From the NCBI GenBank assembly GCA_002269645.1, contig NIVC01000247.1, positions 1 through 64,000 of the forward strand: DNA of 64,000 bases. Reading direction: 5' to 3'. Shown piece by piece: positions 24,290 to 37,700 of the stretch (the first letter of the stretch is position 1; each line of letters starts with the position of its first letter). Source of the DNA: Macrostomum lignano. Its lineage: Eukaryota. A program made the translations under genes and the position numbers. A model generated the notes under the pieces. It ran no database searches. It was not told the origin of the DNA and saw nothing but the letters and a program-made list of their open reading frames with translations.

Positions 24290-27200
24290 TCATTGGCAGT
24301 GTGGCCTGCAGTCAGCTGGTGCCGCAGTCCTCACTGACATGGCCGGAGACGCTGTGAATCTCAACTGACAAGCTGATGTCGTAGCAGCCCCAGCAGGTGC
24401 ACCAGCACCACCAGCTGCTGCAGCAGTCGATGTCGAAGAAGACGCTCCGTGCAGAAATGTCGGCGAATACGGCGGCGGCGGCATCAGGAAGATTGGCGAC
24501 GTCACTTCGCTGCCAGGTGACAGAGTGCTGGAGCAGACGGTCGGGCTGAACCTCTGCCAGCGTGGCGAGTCGCACAGGTGGCAGGGCCGCGACTCCTGCT
24601 GCTGCTGCAGGTGGCTTCGACTGCTCAGGCCTCCTCCAGTGAAGGCTGCGGCGAGGCACCTGGAGTTGAAAAGATAAAATCTGAAGGCTACGTACGGCGG
24701 CTGTTCAGTCCAAGGACTGGGGGGTCACCTCACACACCCTCAATTAGCCAAGCTAATGCTGGCACCCATTTTACAGCTGAGTGAACTGAAGCAATGCAGA
24801 GTTAAAGTGTGTCCTGCTCAAGGACACAAATTGTTCGGAGTTGGGTTGGGAATCGAACCCCCGATCTTCAAATCGGAAGTCTGACGCTCTAAACGTTAGG
24901 CTAAAACCCCATCTCCATAGTACTCGTAGACTCAATAGATACTTAAAAGTTTCGTTCCAGAATTAACTCTGAACAAATTTATGAATAGATTACGAGTATT
25001 TTTAGATTACGAGACAATTTATTCCACTAGAAGTGTCACCGAGATATGAAAAATTCACTCCTATTGTGGTGTCTGATATTTCTAAAGATTTCCCTCAAAA
25101 TTCCGCTTGATATTCCTCGAGAATTCCCTGAATATAATTCCCAGAATTCCCCTTAAGATTGCCCCTCTGATATTTCCCCAGAATTCACCTCCCCCCTAAG
25201 ATTCCTTCTCTGATATTTCTCGAGAATTCCCTTATGATTCTGTGTTGAATTCCTCCAGCATTCCCCATCAAAGCCGCACGCAGCTCACTCTGCACTGCTC
25301 ACCCGGGCGCCTGCTGCTGCAGCAGAGGTGTACTCGGGTACGACCTGCCCTGCTCCTGCGGCAGGTAGCAGCCACCGGCCGAAGCCGCAGTGAACGCAGC
25401 CGAAGCCGCCGCTAGCTGCTCCTCGTTATTCCGTCCACCGGTGCAGCTCCCCGACTTTGACGCCGAAGCCGCTGACGAACTTCGCCGAGAGCCGCCGTTG
25501 GCGTAGCGCCGTTTCAGACGCAGCGCGTAGCAGGCGGCGCAGAGCAGCAGCCCGAAGGAGGCGAAGCAGGCGACGCAGACGCCCAGGACGAGGCGACGCC
25601 ATGCCGGTCGGAGAAACTCGGCGAAGCTCATCTCGTTGTCGTCGGCAGATGGTTTCCGTGTCGTCTTAGGCGGCTCTGCTAGCTGCGGTGGCGGTGGCAG
25701 CCAGTTGAAGTTGTCGTCGCCTTCATTGTTGCGCTTTCTCAGCTGCGGGCGGTCCGCTTCCGAGCTGCCGTCAAACTTGACGCGCTCTCGAATCGGCAGC
25801 GGACGGACCTTCAACCTGACGCTTGCAGTCACCACTCCGGAGGCGTTCGCAGAGGAGAACCGGGAGCTGGGGCCTCGATGACTTCGCAGCAGGTCCGCAG
25901 AGCAGGTGTACAAGCCAGCCATCTCCTGGCGCACATCAGCCAGCTTCAGGCTGACCACATGGTAACTGTTGCGCTCGAAGAAATCCCTGAGAGACAGCTG
26001 GCGCCGATGCTGACGCCCGCCCGTCTCTGAGAAGCCGTCCAGACGGTCTTCGCTGCGGAGATGAAGGATGGATTTTGATGAATGAGCAGCTGAGGCAGAA
26101 CTTCCACTTTGACAATTTGAGGGCGCTTAAAAGGTAGATACTTTCAAAAAAGCACCGTTGTGGCGCCAAAAAGGGACTATTGGGGGGGGGCAAAAAGACA
26201 CTATGATGTGGCGCCAAAACGACACTATGATGTGGCGGCAAAAAGACACTATGATGTGGCGCCAAAACGACACTATGATGTGGCGCCAAAACGACACTAT
26301 GATGTGGCGCCAAAAAGACACTATGATGTCGCGCCAAAACGACACTGATGTGGCGCCAAAACGACACTATGATGTGGCGCCAAAACGACACTATGATGTG
26401 GCGCCAAAACGACACTATGATGTGGCGCCAAAACGACACTATGATGTGGCGCCAAAAAGACACTATGATGTGCCGCCAAAAAGATACTATAATGTGGTGC
26501 CAAAAAGACACTATGATGTGCCGCCAAAAAGATACTATAATGTGGTGCCAAAAAGACACTTTGATGTAGCGCCAAAAAGACACTATACTGTGGTGCCAAA
26601 AAGACTACGAGCGTATGATGTAGCGCCAAAAAGACACTATGATGTGGCGCCAAAGAAACTATATGATGTGGCGCCAAAAGATACTATTAAGCTATTATTA
26701 CTACTTTACAATGGCCAATCCGTTATCCACGCCAAGCGGTGACTCAGCGACAAAAATTTCTCTGCCAATTCAATCGTCATGTTTTTTCAAGTTATTCCGC
26801 AGCTGGCGTGATTGACGATGAAGGGGGGGGGTTGCTTTCGGCCAATCATTCACTGCCTAAGCTGCAGTCTGCAGTTGCTTTTTGCTTCAGCCGCTTTGAC
26901 ACAAAATCAATGATGCGCGCTTTTCTACAGAAAGAAGAAAAACCAACAACTTCTGATTGGAAATTGATGGGCTGAAAGAGCCGCGGCAAATTACTGATTT
27001 CCGACCGCGCTCTCCGCTTCGGGCTCTGCTTTAAAGGACTTTTTTTGTACGATTTTGGTTCTCCGCTGTCTCATATTAATTACACCTCATCTCACCTCTC
27101 TCCCTCTCTCTCCCTCTCTTCTTTTCCCACCCTCTAACCCTCCCTTCCATCCTCTCTCGCTCTCTCTCTCTCCATCCGTACCCTCTTTCATCCTCCCTGC

Positions 27201-30200
27201 CGTCTCACCCTCTTTCCCCCAGTCTCCCCTTCTCTTCTCTATGTTCCCTTCTCCCACCCTCTCTCCCCCTCTCTCCGTATTTCTTCTCTCGTTTCGTCTC
27301 ATATTCCCTCATATTTCCAGTTCAATCTCCATGCAAGTACAAGCGTGTATGTATTTTTATCAAGATTTAGCGATGCTACTGAACGTTGATTTTCTCAACA
27401 TATCGGTATACATTTTTGTACATCAGTTTCAAGCATAAAGGTGTACGCAAGCGACTAGGGTTCTATGTAGTTTTAAGTGTACTTTTAAAGTAGAAGCTCG
27501 TGAAGTCCTCGTTTTAAAACAGTCTAAAAGCCCAAAACGGGGTCAGCGGAAAGTTTCTTAAAGTCCATTGCTTTCGGACCGAAGCACAGCCGACTAAGGA
27601 ATTCGGCAAACATTCAGCTAGCAACAACCAAAGCTTTAGTTATACAAGCGTAACATTGTTAAATCCACTGTGGCTCCCAGACCAATAAATGACTGTCGGA
27701 ATAGCTGATCCTTGCATGTTTGCATTGGAAAGTTTTTGCTTTTTTAGTTTTTTGAAGGAGAAATTCCCCCATAGAAAAATTGGGACTGATTTTTATCGTA
27801 AACGAAACAATTATATAGTTTAGACTGGGGAGAGACGGGAGACAGGCAGGAGACAGACCGGAGACATACATGAGACAGACAGGAGACAGACAGGAGACAG
27901 ACAGGAGACAGACAGGAGACAGACAGGAGACAGACAGGAGACAGACAGGAGACAGACAGAAGACAGACAGGAGACAGACAGAAGACAGACAGGAGACAGG
28001 CAGAAAGCAGACAGGAGACAGAAAGGAGACAGACAGGAGACAGACAGGAGACAGACAGGAGACAGACAGGAGACAGACAGGAGACAGACAGGAGACAGAC
28101 AGGAGATAGACAGGAGACAGAGAGGAGACAGACAGAAGACAGACAGGAGACAGAAAGGAGACAGACAGGAGACAGACAGGAGATAGACAGGAGACAGAGA
28201 GGAGACAGACAGAAGACAGACAGGAGACAGAAAGGAGACAGACAGGAGACAGACAGGAGACAGACAGGAGACAGACAGGAGATAGACAGGAGACAGAGAG
28301 GAGACAGACAGAAGACAGACAGGAGACAGAAAGGAGACAGACAGAAGACAGACAGGAGACAGGCAGAAAGCAGACAGGAGACAGAAAGGAGACAGACAGG
28401 AGACAGACAGGAGACAGACAGGAGAGAGACAGGAGACAGACAGGAGACAGACAGGAGACAGACAGGAGATAGACAGGAGATAGACAGGAGACAGAGAGGA
28501 GACAGACAGAAGACAGACAGGAGACAGAAAGGAGACAGACAGGAGACAGACAGGAGACAGAAAGGAGACAGACAGGAGACAGACAGGAGACAGACAGGAG
28601 ACAGACAGGAGACAGACAGGAGACAGACAGGAGACAGACAGGAGACAGACAGGAGATAGACAGGAGACAGAGAGGAGACAGACAGAAGACAGACAGGAGA
28701 CAGAAAGGAGACAGACAGGAGACAGACAGGAGACAGACAGGAGACAGACAGGAGACAGACAGGAGACAGACAGGAGACAGACAGGAGACAGACAGGAGAC
28801 AGACAGACAGACAGACACGAGACAGACAGGAGACAGAGAGGAGACAGACAGGAGACAGGCAGGAGACAGACATGAGCCAGGCAGATAAAACACGCAGTGA
28901 TATTTCATAGGATCCATGCTATGTCTAATTCTAGGCAATTCAAAAGCAGTGCTGGCTCGCCACACCAGCTAAGACGCACTGGGAAGGCTCTGCCCAGATT
29001 TCATCCAGCAATGTAAGACGGCGATTATATTCCTAATTTCCTTTTTAAACCCGCGACCCCGTCTTAGGGCGCAGTTCCTGCAGTAGCTGATCCCCGCCAG
29101 AGTCAATATCCGATACTTGGCCTCGCAGCGAGAGTCACGTGACCCGCAAGGCCCCCCAGCTTTGCCCACTTATAGCCCCTGCCCTCCAGCCAGAAAGGCA
29201 CTGCATCAGCAGCAGCTAGGAATTGGGATTTTCTCCGCTTTCACCACAGTTCGGTTTCGAGTGCGCGTTTTTTCTTGGGGGGGGGGGGGGGGAACGGATC
29301 CCCGCGGCAGCTACGATGAAGAAAGTCGTCCCTGCAGACTCCAGATGGGGTATCTCCAGTCTGAACTTAAAGGGATATTGCTGCTTTGGATTTTAGGGAG
29401 CTTCGCAGTGAGTGGGGGGTTTTGGATGTTGTAAAGATTTTACCGAATGATCTGCATTGTTTGTTTATGCAGCGGTGCCCGCAGATTTTTGCTGTATTTT
29501 TCTTTCTTGGAAATTAGAAGGTTGGCAATTTCTGCAGGTTCAGCGTACTGCGTTGAATTTTGACTGTTTTTTATAGTCTAGGCCGTAAAAATGGGCAGCA
29601 ATGCACTGGCATCCCAAATTGGCGACAATTTTACAGGTTTACAATCATATTTATTAGGGGCAGAGCAGACTCCCCTGAGCAGTCACACAAGCGCGCGCAA
29701 GCGACCCGAACTATATTTATCGTTAGCCTGCATGTACACTTTACTGTGCCTTGGGGGTTGGGCCCTCAAGGGCGTTAATTGCACGAGCCGAGATTCAAAT
29801 CTAGCTCCAAATTAATGTGACTGCATTTTAAATCGAGCTGGGGCCGCTGGCACATCAGATCGCCGCGCCAGACCACTCCAGGGGTAGAACACTCTCACAC
29901 TACGACCCCTGGTTCGATTCCGTGCAAGGTCACATTCATTTGGGGCTTCTGTCCACGAAACTTCTGTGCACGCAATTCACATCCATGAGGGCCAACCCCA
30001 AGGCCCAGAAAGTGTACATGCCAGACGATTGTATTTTCTCAGGAATCAGCGAAATCGCCTCAGCGTTGACAGTGAGACGATGTCGCCGATGGCTTTTTAG
30101 TGTCTGTGGAGGATTTTTTTACCTGACGTTCAACCTACTTTCTCCACGGCGAAGCCATCAGATAAGGCCAGCGGAATCTGAGCCATGGAATGATCGGAAA

Positions 30201-32639
30201 TGTACCCAGAGACATGAAAACTGCCACTCCAAATACACAGTCGGAAAGCCTAACGTCGTTTGAGCTAAAGTCAATCGTACTGGTAGCGGTTTTCGACGTT
30301 GCAAGATTTGAGATGCCTCGAAGTTGAGGATTGAGGTGGAGACGTGCATTTTCTGTACCGCGACGAAGCTTCTGCATCCTCGCCGAAACTTCCAGGGCTG
30401 TGGGCCAGATAGACCTTGGTCCCGGCTACACATCGGCTACGTCGGATCAGTAGCTGGCGAGATGCTGCTGGTGGTGGTCGACGCCAATTCCAAACAACTA
30501 GACGTGTCGGATAACAGGCCCAATTTAATGAGCAAACAGATTTCGGAATTCCTGCGTAACAATGGTATCCAGCAGTTTAGGGTGGCACCTTATCACCCAG
30601 CCGAGTTGTTCAGACGGACGCTAAAGCGGCCCTTGGAAAAGCAGCGCAATGGATCTTTCAAGGAAAAAGGAGAAAGTGCAGCATGGATTTTTTCTGAGCT
30701 ATCGCGTCACGCCGCATGCAACATCCGGCCGGTATGCTTCCTGCTAGCTTCTCATTGGACGCAAGGAGCGACAAGGCAGTAAGGTCCGATTCTTGATGTT
30801 CGAGCATGGTGACAAGGTCCTGGCCAGAGACTTTAGTGTTAGTCAATGGAAGATAGCTATGAGTAGTCAGTGTTGCTGACACTGAATGCAATACCTCTTC
30901 AGATTCAATAATGACGATCCAGTAGTTCGACGAAATGTTGGACGACGTCCTCAGAGGTCCTCAGCGACAGCCTGATAGACTCCAAGGCTGAGAATAGTGC
31001 TGAGTTCTCGAACCGGTGATTCGCTTGAGTCCAACCGCGCCAGAAGGTCCTGAGGTGCAGGTGATTCGCTGCACAGGTCATTGAGGATGCGCCGACAGAC
31101 TGACCGATTGACCGTAACGTTGACTGTGACAAAACTGATTGCTTTTGAGACGAAATGGACTGTATTTTACTTAGTTCCCTTACACTCAACCGTATTTTTG
31201 CGTTAATGGTGTTTTGAAGCCCCAGTTTTTGTGGTTTAATTTCTTTTTTTGTTCGATTTTTGTCGAGAAATTCAACACACGAAAGTCTTTCGATTTTCGT
31301 ACCTGAAGTCGTTTTGCTTGTTTTTCTTTCTTTGAAGTGTTTCGTTACAATATTATTTGTCACTATAGTTGTACCAGCTACTAAAATACCTCCAAAATGG
31401 AGCTGATACGTTTAATATTGTTACTAATACAGACCCCTATTATTATTACCTATATTATTATAATTGCATTTATTTTTAGCTTCTGATCATATTTCATTGT
31501 GTCCAGTCATGTCCTATATCCTATTGTATGATACTTCAACGAAACCACAAAAAATAATTTATTCTTAGAAGCATTTCTCAATATATCGACAGCAATTCGA
31601 TCAACGTAAGAATCGCATTTTGTGAAGTGCGCATGCGCTTGAAGTGCCACTGGCAGCCGCGCAAAGGGACACGCAAGAAAGCAATTTTGCAGCTGGGCTG
31701 AATTGATCCGCAGTGTCTGGTTATCAGAACACAGGACGACTGAGCCTGCCTTTGATTGAATCTGGGATATCATAACTGTAATTAATTGAATCTCCTTTAT
31801 ACACACTGCTGGAGCGTCAGCTTCATCCAGAGAAGCTGGGATAACGAAACTAGCCCAGTTTATAGAAATTCGGGTAGAATGGATGTGCTTTTTCGCGATT
31901 TCCCCTATTCCATTACACTACACAACTCTACTCTACTCTAATCAGATCTAGTCTACCCTACTCTACTCTATTCCACCCTAATTTACCCTAATCTACTCTA
32001 CCCTACCCTACCCAACATTACGCTAGCCTAATCTACTCTACCCTACTCTACCCAATCTTACCCTACCCTAATCTACTCTACCCTACCTTATTCTACTCCA
32101 CCCTATGAGCGTATTCGATTCTACACAATTCTACACTACTGCACCCTACTGTATTCTATTCTACTTTACTATAATCTACTCCACTCTACTCTACTTTACT
32201 TTAATCTACTCTACTCTACTCTACTCTACTATACTCTAATCTAATCTACTCTACTCTACTCTACTCTACTCTACTCTACTCTACTCTACTCTACTCTACT
32301 CTACTCTACTCTACTCCTCACAAACCATTCCAGATTTTAAAGCCACAACTTATCTTGACTAGATGGTATCTCCTGTTTTGTATCATTAAACCAGTGTCTG
32401 ATTCAACGCCAGATTGCCAGAATCAATTCCATTCGAATCAAATTTCAATTTCAATTCAGCCGTGCAAATTAATTCCCTCACCTGACGAAGCTCCACCTGA
32501 GCGAATCCGGCTGTGCCAGGCTGATGTTGAGCAGGATGCAGAACAGGTGCACTAGGCTGCCCAGCTCCGCTGTCTGAGTTGCATTTGGTCGGAGCTCGAG
32601 AATTCCAGCTGCTGATGATGCTGCCAACGGCTGCTCCAT
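24290..32639 (-). CDS. Single Ig-domain type I membrane protein with a PPPY cytoplasmic motif (5' end uncertain)
   Basis: Exons 32639(?)-32482, 26052-25303 and 24659-24290 join in phase through GT-AG sites (158+750+370 nt). Ig B/C strands GSLVHLFC...DSLRWSF and E/F strands LKLADVRQEMAGLYTCSA. TM segment LVLGVCVACFASFGLLLCAACYAL, tail FLMPPPPYSP. No clear signal peptide was found. Confidence 0.72.
24681..24905 (-). mobile_element. tRNA-derived SINE with a CORE-like domain
   Basis: Minus strand: TAGCCTAACG (A-box-like), GGTTCGATTCCC (B box), then GTGTCCTTGAGCAGGACACACTTTAACTC...CTGTAAAATGGG, resembling the MIR/CORE motif. A related copy lies at ~40973-41150. Confidence 0.7.
26195..26690. repeat. 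24-bp minisatellite CTATGATGTGGCGCCAAAA(C/A)GACA
   Basis: About 20 copies at the 3' end of the Ig-gene intron. Confidence 0.93.
27080..27300. repeat. CT-rich low-complexity tract
   Basis: Pyrimidine-only degenerate run. Confidence 0.8.
27835..28875. repeat. 11-bp minisatellite GACAGACAGGA
   Basis: About 90 copies with period 11. It creates the 381/404-aa Leu-Ser-Val-Cys ORF artefacts. Confidence 0.95.
30300..31000 (+). mobile_element. Degenerate Ty3/Gypsy integrase remnant inside the Ig-gene intron
   Basis: VETCIFC (HHCC tail), PWSRLHIGY.G...LLVVVDANSK, SDN.P...FLRNNGI...APYHPA, GDKVLARDF and an RRPQR..QPDRL-type C-terminus. The first catalytic Asp is replaced by Gly, and there are internal deletions. 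Confidence 0.8.
31920..32318. repeat. (CTACT)n pentanucleotide microsatellite
   Basis: Degenerate run becoming perfect from ~32245. Confidence 0.92.
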
Positions 32640-32854
32640 TGGATTTGCGCTGTGCTGTCTCTGACGTGTTGCAACTCGGTGCTTCTTCGATGTTGGCTTG
32701 AGTGACAGGCCAGTTTGTGAGATTATTTTGCGGTATTAGCTATCTGCTTCCGGCTGCCGCAGCTGGTGCGACTGGCATTGAATAAAACTCCACTGGCCAA
32801 TCAGAGGCGAAGCCAGTTTAAATTATTGCGAATGCCCCTGTTAATCGCCATGGC

Positions 32855-33290
32855 CTCTCCTCCCGTTCCCTCTCCAGATCTCTCTCCTCTCTCCTCTCTT
32901 TTCTTCCACTCCTATCTCCTCTCCTATCTCCTCTCTTCTATTCCTCTCCTATCTCCTCTCCTATCTCCTCTCCTATCCCCTCTTCTCTCTGCTCTCCTCT
33001 CTCCTCTCCTCTCTCCTCTCTTCTCTTCCTCTCCTATCCCCTCTCCTATCCCCTCTCCTCTCTCCTCTCCTCTCTCCTCTCCTATCTCCTCTCCTATCTC
33101 CTCTCCTACCTCCTCTCCTCTTCTCTCCTATCTCCTATCTCCTCTCTTATCTACTGTCTCATCTCTACTTTCCTCTTTCTCTCCTCTCTCCTCTCCTCTT
33201 TTCTCTCCTTTCCTTCGTCTATTCTCCTTTTCTCCTCTCTCCTCTTCGCTCCTATCTTCTCCCTTCTCCTCTTTCCTATCTGGTCTTCAT
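32855..33290. repeat. CT-rich low-complexity tract
   Basis: Degenerate CTCTCCT repeats. Confidence 0.85.
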
Positions 33291-33869
33291 TGAATGGCTT
33301 TAATTAATAGAAAATATATCTATACATAGATGGATAGACTTCCTGATTTCACGACTGCAACCTCAGTCAGCCCCATGTCAAATACTCGTAATTCTCTCCC
33401 TATCCCGGCTTCCAAAATCCCCAATATTTTTTCGATCAATTTTACCCTCACAATGAGGTCATTCGGATCACTCAGTTCCGCTTTCTAGTCGCCAGTCAGT
33501 CGAGGTCAATGGGGTTTCGGAACGGCTGCTGCCGCCAACGTTAGAGTGGCTTGGAAGCCGCCAGAACTCGAAGGGTTTCAGCGGTCAGCGCTGCTGGATT
33601 GCGTGTCACATCATGATTCACTTGATTGCTTGGCAGGCTTTCAAAAATGGCATTTTGTATATAATCGTAATTGCATTTAATTGGCTTGGGGAAATGCATG
33701 GTTTAAAGAAGTATACTACTACTATCAAATAAGTAGTAAAGCATCGACATTCCTGCAAAACCAATTTTTGTAAGAAAAGTAATAATTAAGAGCGTCCTTA
33801 ATATGTTCATCTCATGACAATTCATGTAAGACTTTCCAATCATGCACGGCCTAATAGTTTCTCAAAAAC

Positions 33870-34520
33870 CATCCCACAAACTTCCCAATCTACAAACTTC
33901 CCAATTCACAAACTTCCCAATCTACAAACTTCCCAATTCACAAGCTTCCCAACCCACAAGCTTTATAATCTACAAACCTTCCAATCCACAAATTTCCCAA
34001 TCTACAAACTTCCCAATTCACAAGCTTCCCAACCCACAAGCTTTATAATCTACAAACCTTCCAATCCACAAATTTCCCAATCCACAAACTTCACAATCCA
34101 CAAACTTCACAATCCATAAACTTCCCAATCCACAAATTTCCCAATCCACAAACTTCCCAATCCACAAACTTCCCAATCCACAAACTTCCCAATCCCCAAA
34201 ATTCCCAATCCATAAACTTCCCAATCCACAAACTTCACAATCCACAAACTTCCCAATCCACAAACTTCCCAATCCCCAAAAAACTTCTCAATCCAAAAAT
34301 TTCACAATCCACAAACTTCCCAATCCATAAACTTCCCAATCCACAAACTTCCCAATTCACAAACTTCCCAATCCACAAACTTCCCAATCCCCAAAATTCC
34401 CTATCCATAAACTTCCCAATCCACAAACTTCTTAATCTATAAACTTCCCAATCCACAAACTTCCCAATCCACAAACTTCCCAATCCACAAACTTCCCTAT
34501 CTACAAACTTCCCCAACTCA
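33870..34520. repeat. 16-bp minisatellite ATCCACAAACTTCCCA
   Basis: About 40 copies. Confidence 0.93.
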
Positions 34521-34766
34521 AAGCTTATTTATCCCTAAACTTCCACATGAGCAGTATTTTCAAATAAGCCAATCTCAAATTTTCGCAGAGGACAAAATTA
34601 AATGACTTTGCTAAATATTTCTGAGAGCAGCCATGCCATAGACAAAGGATGAGGATTGTTGCAATATCTGAACTGATAAAATTCTGAGCACTCAATTAGC
34701 GTTCAATCTGTCTGGCACACAGCTGGGATCAATTGTAAAACATCTTACATTCTCTGCTATCTCGCA

Positions 34767-37700
34767 ATGGCTGATGAAAACCAATCGTTAAACACGCTGG
34801 ATTCAGCAATTCAGGTGACTTCGCTGCACAAAGGTTACGGCAGGCAGGCCGTAATTAGCGACCTGTCGCTTCAGGTGCCCTTGGGAAAAATGTAAGTAAA
34901 ATACCTTGGCTTAATTTCTGAGTTAAATGTTTAGGAATACCTCAACCAGTGTTGACGGTAAAAATGAATGTGGCCGCTTTTGGATTCGAACCCAGGCGCC
35001 GTAGGCGAGAGCCAGGCGCATTTTACCGCTGAGCTGCCCTGCCCCAAGTCGCAGACTCACAAATTGCTCTTCATCATTCGAATCTGTTTCAAAACCGCAT
35101 TATTAAATTGAGAAAGCCTTAGTGGAGTTTCATATTATAATCGTTCCAGCTACGGCCTGCTGGGTCCCAGCGGCTGCGGCAAGACCACGCTTCTCAAGTG
35201 CATCGTGGGCCGTCTGAGACCGGACTCGGGCCTCATCCGGGTCATGGGTCAGCGGCCAGGGAAGCTGGGCCACAAGGTGCCGGGCAGCCTCATCGGCTAC
35301 ATGCCGCAGGACCTGGCGCTGTACCAGGAGTTCACCATCTCCGAGACGCTGTTCTACTTTGGCAGAATCTTCGGCATGGACTCGGCCGAGATCAAAGCGA
35401 GGGTTGACTTTCTGGTAAATCTGCTCAAGCTGCCGTGCAAGGACAAGCTGATTTACCGACTCAGGTGAGGAATTGGGGAAGCAGTGATGCAACTCAGAAT
35501 CCGTGTCCAGCATTGAACTTCACGAGATTCACGTGGCGCAGCAACTCCATTTCAGCGGCGGTCAGCAGCGCAGAGTTTCGTTTGCTTGCGCCCTGCTGCA
35601 CGAGCCGCCTCTGCTGATCCTGGATGAGCCAACTGTGGGAGTGGACCCTCTGCTCAGGCAGTGGTGAGTGCCGGTCTGTGAGCATGGGTGAGGAGCCTCT
35701 GCTCAGGCAGTGGTGAGTGCCGGTCTGTGAGCATGGGTGAGGAGCCTCTGCTCAGGCAGTGGTGAGTGCCGGTCTGTGAGCATGGGTGAGGAGCCTCTGC
35801 TCAGGCAGTGGTGAGTGCCGGTGTGTGAGCATGGGTGAGGACCCTCTGCTCAGGCAGTGGTGAGTGCCGGTGTGTGAGCATGGGTGAGGACCCTCTGCTC
35901 AGGTAGTGGTGAGTGCCGGTTGTGAGCATGGGTGAGGAGCCTCTGCTCAGGCAGTGGTGAGTGTCGGTCTGTGAGCATGGGTGAGGAGCCTCTGCTCAGG
36001 CAGTGGTGAGTGCCGGTCTGTGAGCATGGGTGAGGAGCCTCTGGTCAGGCAGTGGTGAGTGCCGGTCCGTGAGTGGCTAGACCTTGCAAATCTTTAGTGG
36101 ATAGAATGCCTTCCATAAATTCAGTGCCTAAAAAATACCTACTTGTCTCTTCCTTAAAAATCGCCTTGCAGCATTTGGCATCATTTAAAAACTATGGTCA
36201 GCAATGCCCAGAAGCCCACATCAGTGGTCATCACAACGCACTACATTGAAGAGGCTCGCGAAGGCCACATGGTGGCGCTGATGCGAGATGGAAAACTTCT
36301 GGCAGAGTCGAGTCCAGAGAGTTTGCTCAGCTTCTACAATGAGACGGTAAGGTTCAATTACTTTTCAAAGTTTTCGGAAGCATCATGTTTCTGAAGCTGC
36401 ATCTACCTATCGCTGATACGCAGAGTCTCGAAGCCGTTTTCTTGAAGCTTTGCCATCGAGACAAATCGAAAGTGGCCGACGACAGCAGCCTTCCGAGCCT
36501 GGCAAATGTGGATGATGCGAAGCAGCCAATCGAAGCTGAAACTGAAGATGACAATGCGAAGAAGGAAACGCCAGATCCGGGATCTCAGTACTCACTGGAC
36601 TCAGTCAATTCACAGAAACAGAGCCAGCAGGCGCAGGAAGGTCAACCGGACGCGGTGAAATACGTCGAGCCCGTCTCGTTCTCTGAGTCACTGCGAGCTT
36701 TTGTGCAACCGCCGAGTGCTCGTAGAATTGGTGCTGTGGTGATCAAGGATGTCACCAACATGCGCAGACGCATCGGGTTCCTGCTGTTCGAGTTCAGCCT
36801 CCCAGTAGTGCAGATCGTGCTGTTCTGCCTGTGCATCGGGCGCGACCCTAACGGACTGCGACTGGCGATCGTCAACCAGGATGCCACTGGAGACCTCGGC
36901 AAGGATCTGGTGGCCTCACTCGATACTTACACAGTAAAAAAGGTCTGTAGGACTCCTTGTGAAAGTCAGAACATTTGCCGTATTTAAATTACCTGTTTTC
37001 TAACAGAAATCGTTTCTTTTGATTTACTGAACTTTCGAGCTCAAGAAGTTTCGAACTTGTAAAGTTGTCTTTGACGAAGTTTGAAAGGGCCTGCCAACTT
37101 AAGCTCGTAAAGTGGAGCCCGAGTAACCGATGTACAAAAAATGATACGTCATTCTGCTTACAAAGGCACTAGAAAGCTGGGTTTGGCAAAGTGACGAAAA
37201 TTGGGCTTGGGATAGGGGAAAACAAGCAAGGGGATTTAGAGACTCTACTTTTTGAGCTTAGGTTGACAATCCTTTTGAGCCTGTCAGCTCATAACTCATT
37301 TAATATTTTCAAAAATTTCTGAAACTTGAAACCTAATAAAAACTGCCTCAAGTAGTTTGAACTAAGCAGTAGGGGTTAGGTACTTCTAAAACAGTAAAAA
37401 TCACTCCATCAAGTAACAACTTCTCTGCAAATTTGCGCTCTCAACCTCCTCCCTCAGCTGCCGCATACTGACTTGGAGCAGGCGAAAGCTTTGGTGCAGC
37501 GAGCCGGAGCCTGGGGAGTGCTTTTCCTGGAGCCCAACTTTACTCAAAGCCTGACTAAACGGTTCACCAAGGCTGGCACTCTCAGCAACAGAAGCATCCG
37601 TCAGGGCAGCGTGCACATGTTTATGGACGATAGCAGCTACCAGGTTAGCGCGGTGCTCAAACAGTGCATACTAAGCGCCTTCGAGAAAGTCCTTGGCGAC

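Noticed and set aside
32482-32510. Hammerhead-like CTGACGA-A-GCTC-CACCT-GAGC-GAAT on the plus strand
   Set aside because: It has GAAT instead of GAAA and no stems I/III. It is the antisense of an Ig coding exon.
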